Source of the DNA: a virus
Taxonomy: Duplodnaviria > Caudoviricetes
Reading direction: 5' to 3' (one strand)
Virus record (IMG/VR): IMGVR_UViG_3300013368_000005
Coordinates: 96,001-160,000 of that record
DNA: 64,000 bases
Shown: positions 56,361 through 64,000 of the stretch, piece by piece
Layout: the number at the start of each line of letters is the position of its first letter
Numbering within the stretch: position 1 is the first letter of the stretch
The notes under the pieces: generated by a model
Told to the model about the DNA's origin: nothing
Seen by the model: only the letters and a program-made list of their open reading frames with translations
Databases searched by the model: none
Position numbers and translations under genes: made by a program

Positions 56361-58202
56361 TTAATTAAATGCGTAAACTTTAAAGTACTCTGTTTGAACG
56401 AAGTCTTTAAATTTAACGTGAATTGCAGCATAGTAAACTTTGTTAGCTATCATAGTTTCATCTTTTAGATATTCTAATTTTAACGTAACAAAGTTATTTG
56501 AATATTTATCAAGTACAGATTGACAATCTTCTTGGTATTTTTCTAAGTCTTGACCAGTAATAAAACTGTATCTAATCTTAGGACATCTAGTCCTTAATGC
56601 CTTAACTACTTCTTGTATAGCCAATACGTTATTAGCATAAGAGAATTGAGAATCTAACTCTTGAGAAGTATAAAGAGTTTCAACAGTTAATACACCATCT
56701 ATATAACTAGCATAGTTAACTCTTAAATCTTCTAATAATTCTTTTTGATTATAAGATGGAGTTATTTTTGGTAAGAAATTTACTGTTCCTTCTATAGCTT
56801 CATTTATAACCATATTGTGAAGTTGTCCAGCTATTGGACGACTCCTTCCATTTCTAAAGTGTTCTATCAACAATCTGGATAAACTGTAAGTTATTGTTAC
56901 AGGTATTTGTTTCTTAGTAAATGGATCTAAGATATCATATGAAGTAAGATAAGTTAAATTAAACTTATTTTTCATATATTCAGAAACTGCTGATTTGATT
57001 TCTTCAAATGTACGAATACCAATACCTATATCTCTTAAGAATATAGCATCTTCTCTAAATGTAGCTAATTTTTCTATTTCTTTTTTTACTTCTAGAGGAT
57101 AGTTAGCATCCATTATAAGATCTATTTTGTAGTTATCTAAATCATATATTTCATTTGAGAATTCTCCATTAAAGAATTTCTTTAATTCATTTGTATAAGC
57201 TTGAGTTCCAAATGGTATTTCATTAAATAAACCATTAGAACCATGTTCTAAATCTATTCCATAAGCATATGAAAGATTTATAGCATCTTCAGACTCTAAA
57301 TCTACTTTAATATTACTCATAGCATTAGAATTTCTTTCTTTACCAAATAGTATATCTTGATTTAAGCAATAATCAAAATCATTTTTGCTTATTTCAGCAA
57401 CTTTAGATAAGAACTTAACTAAATTAGCTTCAAACATTACACAATCTAATTGATTAGATGTAGATTTTATTACAGTTTGAATAGATCTATTTGTGCCAGC
57501 TTCTATTATATCTGGATTCATAGTAAATATAAGGGTCTCTATTTTATTAGAGTTCTCAATTACTTGGAATTCATATTTCATATATCCAGCTTGCTTAGAA
57601 TTATTGTAATCTGGTGATACTCTAATTCTCTTTTGACTTAACCCTCTACCATTATCTGTTACTACAAATAAAGGATAAGTAAATGTTCCAGTAGCACCTA
57701 CTTCATCGAGCATAGCTTCAATAGAAGTTTCTACAGTATCTATTTTCTTAGCACCTTCTACAGCATTACATGTATAAGATACATTAGCAATAGTAATCAT
57801 TAATGGTGTATTACCTGTTACAGTTGTAGTTTCTTGTCCAGAAACACTATCTGTATATAATAATTCTCCAGCAGGATTTTTCTTCTGAACTTCTTCAGAT
57901 TTAACTTTAGCAACTACTGCTAAGTTTGCAAGTGTAGAGTCTTCAGCTACTACCCTTTTTGCTAATATAGTACCACCATTAGCTATGATATTATTAGCTT
58001 GTAATAATGGTTGACCATGTTTTATAAATGATATATCTGTTCCGTATAGTTTGTAAAATAAATCACCTTTTACTGTTCTTAATTCTTCAGGACCTTTAGA
58101 TGAACTAAATGCAGTTAAGAACAATGGTTCTGATACTTCAGGTTTAGTTATCACAGGACTTGTAGAATTGTCAATTAATTCAAATATAGTTGACGGAATC
58201 AT
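56361..58202 (-). CDS. Contractile tail sheath protein
   Basis: N-terminal SSKGPE...FYKLYG...KHGQP...KRVV, then DANYP...REDA and RPIAG...NY sheath-type C-terminal domain. Confidence 0.85.
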   Translation of the reverse strand: MIPSTIFELIDNSTSPVITKPEVSEPLFLTAFSSSKGPEELRTVKGDLFYKLYGTDISFIKHGQPLLQANNIIANGGTILAKRVVAEDSTLANLAVVAKVKSEEVQKKNPAGELLYTDSVSGQETTTVTGNTPLMITIANVSYTCNAVEGAKKIDTVETSIEAMLDEVGATGTFTYPLFVVTDNGRGLSQKRIRVSPDYNNSKQAGYMKYEFQVIENSNKIETLIFTMNPDIIEAGTNRSIQTVIKSTSNQLDCVMFEANLVKFLSKVAEISKNDFDYCLNQDILFGKERNSNAMSNIKVDLESEDAINLSYAYGIDLEHGSNGLFNEIPFGTQAYTNELKKFFNGEFSNEIYDLDNYKIDLIMDANYPLEVKKEIEKLATFREDAIFLRDIGIGIRTFEEIKSAVSEYMKNKFNLTYLTSYDILDPFTKKQIPVTITYSLSRLLIEHFRNGRSRPIAGQLHNMVINEAIEGTVNFLPKITPSYNQKELLEDLRVNYASYIDGVLTVETLYTSQELDSQFSYANNVLAIQEVVKALRTRCPKIRYSFITGQDLEKYQEDCQSVLDKYSNNFVTLKLEYLKDETMIANKVYYAAIHVKFKDFVQTEYFKVYAFN

Positions 58203-58240
58203 ATAAGTTACCTCCTTTTATTATTTATAAATTATAACCT

Positions 58241-58252
58241 TATTCATATGTT
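58241..58252 (-). promoter_or_regulatory. Late-type promoter of the sheath/tube operon
   Basis: AACAtatgaaTA. Confidence 0.7.
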
Positions 58253-58260
58253 ATATTGCA

Positions 58261-58983
58261 TTAAGTCGTTAGTAACTTTTCCAATGGGGTGTATTTTGGA
58301 TTTTCATTTAACATAGCATACATCAATGATTCATCCCAATTTTCACTAGTAATAGATGCAGAAGGTGAAACATATTTAGGAATAGATTTAACACTTATAC
58401 CACTATATGCATTCATATCTTTCATATTTGTATGCCTAAATAGGACTTTAGGGTTATTTATATCTCTGAAGGATTCTGATATCATAATACCAAATAACTG
58501 TGCGGTTATACCATAGTCAGCTCCATTCAAACGAATATTCTCTAAAAAATAATTTTGTATTTCATTATATGGTATTGTATTTGGAAGCTTACCACTATTA
58601 AATATTTTAAAAAATTCTTCAGCATTGTCTACCATTTGTGGAACTTTAACGGATACTATAACTTGATCACCTTGTTTAAATTTTAATAATCTGTAATCTT
58701 GTTCTGGTGAATTTTTAGTCAATTTTACATTTTTAGATTTCTCCATTTCGCTTGGTCTTGCTAAGAATACTGTAGGAAATCTAAATTGTTTTAACCCAGA
58801 ACTTTTTCCTTTTTCATCAAAGACAGCATAGTCTAATACTCCTATTAAATTTACATAATCGCCTACCATTAATGCAAATTTTCTTTCAAAATACATCTCA
58901 GGAACATAGAAAACTAGTTCCCCTTTTTGATTAAATAATAAAGAATCTTTATCCCTCTTAAGAAATTTTGGTACATCATACAT
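58261..58983 (-). CDS. Putative RNA polymerase beta-prime extreme C-terminal fragment (virion RNAP)
   Basis: YGITAQLFGIMISESFR...SGISVKSIPKYVSPSASITSENWDESLMYAM resembles RpoC INDKHIEVIVRQM...[29 protein letters not shown]. Confidence 0.45.
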   Translation of the reverse strand: MYDVPKFLKRDKDSLLFNQKGELVFYVPEMYFERKFALMVGDYVNLIGVLDYAVFDEKGKSSGLKQFRFPTVFLARPSEMEKSKNVKLTKNSPEQDYRLLKFKQGDQVIVSVKVPQMVDNAEEFFKIFNSGKLPNTIPYNEIQNYFLENIRLNGADYGITAQLFGIMISESFRDINNPKVLFRHTNMKDMNAYSGISVKSIPKYVSPSASITSENWDESLMYAMLNENPKYTPLEKLLTT

Positions 58984-58998
58984 AATTTATCATCTCCT

Positions 58999-59010
58999 TA
59001 TTCTATTGTT
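58999..59010 (-). promoter_or_regulatory. Late-type promoter
   Basis: AACAatagaaTA immediately before the RBS. Confidence 0.7.
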
Positions 59011-59034
59011 ATATTTGTAAATTTGGCAAAAAAT

Positions 59035-59063
59035 AAAAGCGTAGGTATTATCCTACGCTTTTT
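59035..59063 (-). terminator. Intrinsic terminator
   Basis: AAAAGCGTAGG-tattat-CCTACGCTTTT. Confidence 0.7.
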
Positions 59064-59064
59064 A

Positions 59065-59472
59065 TTAAATAAAATTATCATGTCTGTGAAGCATTATTAA
59101 ATAATCATATGGTTCAAGTATATCTTTATACTCCTCATAAAACTGTTCAGATAGATCCTGGTATCTACATAATAAGTTTGGAGCTATCCTTTTAAAATGT
59201 TTTCTTAAAAAGATTTCCGATAATCTATGATGCCTACATAATAAATTTAAGTCAAATTTATCAATATATTTTTCTATAAAGTTTTCAGATAAATTATGTT
59301 GATATCTAGCCACTCTACTAAAATCTAATTTGTCTAAATTTTCCTCTAATAAATTTTCTGGAAATTCTTCTCTAACTCTTAATGCTGTACACCAATCTAT
59401 AGTACCATTAGATATCTCTTCTTCTAGTTCCTTTACTGACATCGTGTTATAATCTTTAATTAAACTTTCCAT
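59065..59472 (-). CDS. Short helical-repeat protein (tryptophan-repeat-like)
   Basis: Repeats of about 22 aa: FPENLLEENLDKLD, LSENFIEKYIDKFD, LSEIFLRKHFKRI, LSEQFYEEYKDIL. Confidence 0.75.
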   Translation of the reverse strand: MESLIKDYNTMSVKELEEEISNGTIDWCTALRVREEFPENLLEENLDKLDFSRVARYQHNLSENFIEKYIDKFDLNLLCRHHRLSEIFLRKHFKRIAPNLLCRYQDLSEQFYEEYKDILEPYDYLIMLHRHDNFI

Positions 59473-59496
59473 AATTTAAGCCCCCCTAATATTTAA

Positions 59497-59829
59497 TTAT
59501 TTTTTCATATATTTATATACTTTATAATTCAAATACATGAAGAATATTATGTCTAATAAACATATTAAAATAGCAATAATCATTAATAAATTCATATTTG
59601 ATATTGCTGCTATCATATTACGTGTTATAAATGTATTAAGAAATGGTATAATACATACTTCAATAAATAAAATAACCCATAACTTAATTAATAATTCAAT
59701 ATGACCATTATACAATGCAATAAATGAACAAGTTGCAGCAACCAGAATAGATACTACTCCAATTGAATACATAGTGATTAATAATGTGACAAATACTCCA
59801 AAAATCCCTGCCAAAAAATCAAAATTCAT
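59497..59829 (-). CDS. Small multi-pass membrane protein
   Basis: Three to four hydrophobic segments; early promoter 59875-59888. Confidence 0.75.
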   Translation of the reverse strand: MNFDFLAGIFGVFVTLLITMYSIGVVSILVAATCSFIALYNGHIELLIKLWVILFIEVCIIPFLNTFITRNMIAAISNMNLLMIIAILICLLDIIFFMYLNYKVYKYMKK

Positions 59830-59874
59830 GTTTATCCCCCTTTTTTAATTTTAATAATACTCTTTTTCCATAAT

Positions 59875-59888
59875 TATAATATATAATT
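59875..59888 (-). promoter_or_regulatory. Early-type phage promoter
   Basis: AATTATATATTATA on the minus strand. Confidence 0.75.
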
Positions 59889-59908
59889 TAGTTTTGTTTT
59901 ATAATTAA

Positions 59909-60232
59909 TTATATATCTTTTTTATCATCTTCATATATATATTTATTATTATTTAATAACTTTGACATATAATATAAATTTAAAGATATTATAAGTATCT
60001 TTAAAAATAAATATAATATATTTTGGTTACATACTATAGTTATCAACAATAGCCCTATTGTACTAATAATAATAAATATTATATAATCTCTTAAAAATCG
60101 TTTATTTATAGTAATAGAAAGCATGGATGGTATGGTATAAAATAGGTCTATCCCTATACTAATTATTAATACCCAACTTAATGTAATTATGCCTAAATAT
60201 ATTACACTGATTATTCCGTTTATTGAATTCAT
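59909..60232 (-). CDS. Small multi-pass membrane protein
   Basis: Three hydrophobic segments; GGAGG RBS. Confidence 0.7.
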   Translation of the reverse strand: MNSINGIISVIYLGIITLSWVLIISIGIDLFYTIPSMLSITINKRFLRDYIIFIIISTIGLLLITIVCNQNILYLFLKILIISLNLYYMSKLLNNNKYIYEDDKKDI

Positions 60233-60555
60233 TTCTGCACATCCTCCTTATTATTTATATATTTATCATGTATTAATATATTATAATAACCAAATTTATA
60301 TATTGCAATTGAAATAATAATTTGCAATAACCCCATTTTAATTGGTGATGTTGTAGTAAGTGTCCCATTAAAATATTTCCACATTGTAACAACTAAAAGT
60401 ATCTGTAATATTATAGCTACACATTGTACAAATGCTAATAATTTAAATTTAGATATATAATGTAAGTCATATATAAGCATAAGTATGTTTATCAAAGATG
60501 AAATTAAAGATTGAACTATTAACATTATGGTAAGAAATACTATAATCTTATTCAT
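60229..60555 (-). CDS. Small multi-pass membrane protein
   Basis: Three hydrophobic segments; AAGGAGG RBS. Confidence 0.75.
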   Translation of the reverse strand: MNKIIVFLTIMLIVQSLISSLINILMLIYDLHYISKFKLLAFVQCVAIILQILLVVTMWKYFNGTLTTTSPIKMGLLQIIISIAIYKFGYYNILIHDKYINNKEDVQK

Positions 60556-60618
60556 AATTTATTACCTCCTTATATAATAAATACACCAATATGCAATGCA
60601 TATTGGTGTATTCTTTGT

Positions 60619-61035
60619 TTATACAGATTGCCAAGATATCAGTCTAACTGTTTCTTCTTTAGTCAAGTATACATTTTTCTCAACATCTGGTAAATTGGTT
60701 AATATTGTTATCGCTCTTACATAATTAACAGATATTGTTCTTAAATCTGTATTATAATCTTTAGAACAATCAAGTCCTATTGAAAACTTTGTTGCAGAAG
60801 GGATTAAAGAATTGTTAATATCCATGTCTTTCCATATATTTCTTATCACTCCTACCACAGTAGTGAATTTGGTACAATCTCTATCAATATAGCTTATTTC
60901 AATTAAATCACCCTCTGAAATAATTGTTTGTATAGGTTCTATTAATCCAATTTTAGAAATAGATATTTTTAATTGATTAATAAGTTCAGCTTCTATAGTT
61001 AGTATAACTTCTGAACTCTCTATTATATTATCCAT
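60619..61035 (-). CDS. Hypothetical protein
   Basis: AAGGAG RBS; terminator follows. Confidence 0.75.
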   Translation of the reverse strand: MDNIIESSEVILTIEAELINQLKISISKIGLIEPIQTIISEGDLIEISYIDRDCTKFTTVVGVIRNIWKDMDINNSLIPSATKFSIGLDCSKDYNTDLRTISVNYVRAITILTNLPDVEKNVYLTKEETVRLISWQSV

Positions 61036-61067
61036 AAGACCAACTCCTTTCTTACTATAATGTGGAG

Positions 61068-62213
61068 TTATTGTTTATTATTAAGCTCTAAATCAGCTTT
61101 ATTTTTAATAAGTTCTAAAACCTCTTTAATATTTTTAATTAGCTCAATATAATATTGATTGTCCATTTGTAGATGTTCAAGCATTAATATATTATTTATA
61201 GTGTAGTACATAAATGTATGATCCACTGGATTATCACTCTTCATATTTAATGAAATCCTGCATATTAATACTATGATTTTTTCGATATCTTCCTTAGTAT
61301 ATTTTTCAGGAAGGTGTCTATCTAAAGCCTTTGCTATTAGGTTGATATCTTTTATTTTAAATTTAGAGTTTGCATATTTATAGTTAAAATCAGAACAATA
61401 TTTTTTATATTTTCTAATTTCTTTATCTAATCTTTTACCTGCTAAGAGATTTTCTTTTAAAGCATTTTTTAATGCTGTAAATTCTCGAGCTGTTTTATGC
61501 ATATTTGCTATTTCTCTAAACTGTTTTGCTTTTACTGGATGTTTTTCCTCTATCATTTGAGCTTTCTTTTCCAATTCAACTTCCAAGAAGTCTATTTCAT
61601 GCTCTGCATACATATCTACCAATCCTGGAATATCCAATTCTTTTCTTAAAGCCTCCTGAAAATCTATGAATGTATCTTCAGTTCTTATCTGATTCATAAA
61701 AAATTCGAATAAATCCTTAGCTGCTCTATTTACAATTCGTAAGTCAGTTGTTCCAGCTAATTGATAAGCCATTTGAACCATAGGAGTTGGTAATTCTGAT
61801 AATAAATTAATCTTTTCTTTATTATTTGTCTTTTGCATTACTCCTAATAATTTTATCACATCATCATCAGAGAGGTCTAATCCGTCTTTTATATTACTCT
61901 TTAATTCTTCACTATTTAAAAGTTTTTCATTTATTTTTTCTTCAGTTACCTGCTCTACAATATCAGATAATGAAACATCTGCATTTCCTGGAGCCGATTG
62001 AGAAAAGTCTTTTTCTCCAGTATTTGGATTAACGCAAACATATCCTTCTTGTGATATAATACCATCTTTTTGTATAGTATTAAATGGGAACGGTGTATCA
62101 TCTTCTTGGATCTCTCTAAGATGTTTTACTTCATCAGGGAGATTTTCTCCCAAAACTTCTGATACTATTTCTACTTGTTCATCTGTTAATTGAATTCCTT
62201 TTCTTTCTTCCAT
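61068..62213 (-). CDS. Hypothetical protein
   Basis: Long ORF with AGGAGG RBS. Confidence 0.85.
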   Translation of the reverse strand: MEERKGIQLTDEQVEIVSEVLGENLPDEVKHLREIQEDDTPFPFNTIQKDGIISQEGYVCVNPNTGEKDFSQSAPGNADVSLSDIVEQVTEEKINEKLLNSEELKSNIKDGLDLSDDDVIKLLGVMQKTNNKEKINLLSELPTPMVQMAYQLAGTTDLRIVNRAAKDLFEFFMNQIRTEDTFIDFQEALRKELDIPGLVDMYAEHEIDFLEVELEKKAQMIEEKHPVKAKQFREIANMHKTAREFTALKNALKENLLAGKRLDKEIRKYKKYCSDFNYKYANSKFKIKDINLIAKALDRHLPEKYTKEDIEKIIVLICRISLNMKSDNPVDHTFMYYTINNILMLEHLQMDNQYYIELIKNIKEVLELIKNKADLELNNKQ

Positions 62214-62226
62214 AATAAAAATCCTC

Positions 62227-63006
62227 CTAAATATTATTTATATTTATATCTTCAGACATTGATAGTTTTTGTATACTCAATCTTATGTCTGTTATTAGTA
62301 TTGGTCTAAATTGACTTTGCATAAATCCAGATATATGATATTTAAAAAAGTCATGTACAGGTTGTATAGTATTCTCTAAAAATTTAACTATATTTTTATT
62401 ATCATATATACAATTTAATAAAGTATTCATATCTATATCAAATACGAATATACTATTAATTACAAATTCTAAATTTGCATTTATTATAGCAATTTTAGAA
62501 TTTTTATATGTTTTCTTATTGTATATTGTAGTGGTATCTTTTGATCTTTTTAAATCATTTAATTCTAAATAATCGTATAAATAGTTCTTTTCTTTCATAA
62601 TATAATTTGTAAAGAAAAGAACTACGTTATTTTTAAAGTCTGACACTAAAAAACTATATAGATAATATGCTATAGAATAATAATCCTCATTATCTAAATT
62701 TTGATTTAATTGTAAATTATATTCTCTACAGAGAATATCTATTATTTCTTTATAAGTTTCTTCCCTTGTTTGTTTAATATTTTGTAGATCTAATTCCGAT
62801 GTATAAATTGACATCAGTTGTTTAAATCTGTTCTCGTAAGCTGCTACTATATTTGGCATACCTATTTGGTAATATTCTGTTTTTCGTGTTATATTATCTT
62901 TTATCACATTAAATAAAAACTCACTATTAAAATGTGATAATATTATAGAAACCTCATTTTCTGTATTAATATTATATGTGTTATTTGCTGCTAAAAAACC
63001 ACTCAT
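62227..63006 (-). CDS. Hypothetical protein, late class
   Basis: AGGGGG RBS and late promoter 63036-63047. Confidence 0.85.
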   Translation of the reverse strand: MSGFLAANNTYNINTENEVSIILSHFNSEFLFNVIKDNITRKTEYYQIGMPNIVAAYENRFKQLMSIYTSELDLQNIKQTREETYKEIIDILCREYNLQLNQNLDNEDYYSIAYYLYSFLVSDFKNNVVLFFTNYIMKEKNYLYDYLELNDLKRSKDTTTIYNKKTYKNSKIAIINANLEFVINSIFVFDIDMNTLLNCIYDNKNIVKFLENTIQPVHDFFKYHISGFMQSQFRPILITDIRLSIQKLSMSEDININNI

Positions 63007-63035
63007 TGAAACTTCCCCCTCATCAATCTTGAATT

Positions 63036-63047
63036 TACTCTATTGTT
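63036..63047 (-). promoter_or_regulatory. Late-type promoter
   Basis: AACAatagagTA. Confidence 0.7.
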
Positions 63048-63063
63048 ATCTAACAGATAGATT

Positions 63064-63091
63064 TTGACATAGAGGTTGTCCTCTATGTCAA
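63064..63091 (-). terminator. Hairpin after the terminase gene
   Basis: TTGACATAGAGG-ttgt-CCTCTATGTCAA. Confidence 0.65.
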
Positions 63092-63095
63092 TCTT

Positions 63096-64000
63096 CTATC
63101 CTACATCTTGTTCATCTTCATTAAAATTTGTATATATATCATTAGGTATAGTATACATACTGTTATCATTTAAAGTTTGGGGATCTACATGGAATTTATC
63201 TATATATGCTTGTCTTCCGACTTTACTCATTAATATATCATTCATTGCCTGTCTATCTTTTGCTTCTTCTTGTTGCATCCATGTTTCATACGCTACCGAC
63301 TTAGAGGAATTGAGATATTCCAATTGTTGTTTAATTTCATCAGAAGTACCTTCATTCATTTCAAGTTCTGGCATGACATCATCATATTTATCTTCTAATT
63401 TTATGATTGCTTCTTCAGCATCTTCATCTGTTTTAATAGATGATTTTTGAATACCCCATCTTTCCATTACATCTCTGCCCTCATACCAAATGTATAAAGC
63501 CATTAAATAAGAAAATATTTGGTCATCATGTCCATTACTAGTATGCTCTACTCTTCCATTTTTCTTAACTTCTAGAGTTTGTAATTCATTAAATATATTA
63601 GGAGATATAAATTTATCTTTATGATGTTCCATTCTTTGCCTCAATATATCTATTAATGTTTCTCTAACTACTTTTGTGGAGTCCAATCCATATACTTTTG
63701 TTTTTTGGATCTTTTTACTTATAGTATTTCCTCCACCAAAACGTTCTTCTACTACCTTATCTTTTATTTCAAAGAATAGATTCTTTTTAATGCTTGTAGA
63801 AACTAATTTAGCTAATACTGATGCCCCATATCCGCCGTTACGCTCAATGTTTACAACAGCATTAGGCATATATTTTGTAACTAATTCATGAATTACACTA
63901 GCCAAATCAATTGTATTAATATAGTTACAATTGAAATCGGCTACAACCCGTGTGGTTCTAGAATCAACAATAGTTATAGCAGAAGCATCTCTTCTATATC
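63096..64000 (-). CDS. Terminase large subunit, C-terminal nuclease domain; starts beyond the right edge
   Basis: Frame is open to the window edge (YRRDASAITIVD...), with IERNGGYG and GHDDQIFS RNase H-like terminase motifs. Confidence 0.85.
   Translation of the reverse strand, partial: YRRDASAITIVDSRTTRVVADFNCNYINTIDLASVIHELVTKYMPNAVVNIERNGGYGASVLAKLVSTSIKKNLFFEIKDKVVEERFGGGNTISKKIQKTKVYGLDSTKVVRETLIDILRQRMEHHKDKFISPNIFNELQTLEVKKNGRVEHTSNGHDDQIFSYLMALYIWYEGRDVMERWGIQKSSIKTDEDAEEAIIKLEDKYDDVMPELEMNEGTSDEIKQQLEYLNSSKSVAYETWMQQEEAKDRQAMNDILMSKVGRQAYIDKFHVDPQTLNDNSMYTIPNDIYTNFNEDEQDVG

Noticed and set aside
1268-63891. Short opposite-strand ORFs in the track (e.g. 1268, 7913, 9845, 11407, 12178, 12623, 13103, 16845, 17759, 18256, 18865, 19535, 22692, 24168, 26219, 26792, 28539, 33516, 33894, 39386, 41103, 42769, 43877, 44620, 49821, 53366, 54131, 58289, 61826, 63076, 63676)
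   Set aside because: They lie antisense within well-supported genes, lack RBSs, and have the I/S/F/L-rich composition typical of shadow frames in AT-rich DNA.
1-64000. tRNA, rRNA, integrase or transposase genes, or a chimallin nuclear shell gene
   Set aside because: None was recognisable by eye. Absence of chimallin needs a profile search to confirm.

Overview
Very AT-rich, densely coded 64-kb segment of a jumbo myovirus genome of the phiKZ/AR9(PBS1)-like type. The host is probably a Firmicute, most likely Clostridium-like, judged from GGAGG Shine-Dalgarno sites and a Clostridium-like EF-Tu fragment. The window encodes replication and recombination proteins (DnaB-like and Dda-like helicases, one half of a split family-B DNA polymerase, a candidate sliding clamp, NAD-dependent ligase, RecA/UvsX, SbcC/SbcD, GyrB/GyrA). 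It also encodes pieces of two multisubunit RNA polymerases, a tubulin/TubZ-PhuZ protein, virion genes (portal, tail sheath, tail tube, baseplate, terminase C-terminus) and clusters of small accessory genes. Two phage promoter classes can be read directly from intergenic DNA: TATATTATA (early type) and AAC[A/T]-N6-TA (AR9 late type). The most notable unexplained signals are (i) a short linear motif [KQ]-[PKS]-[ML]-[VI]-x-F repeated at termini or linkers of about 10 unrelated replication and transcription proteins, suggesting a shared docking hub, possibly the clamp-like protein beside PolB, and (ii) an intact 60-codon mini-gene copying EF-Tu residues 1-59 with an inactivated P-loop. All assignments come from manual motif reading; no database searches were run.
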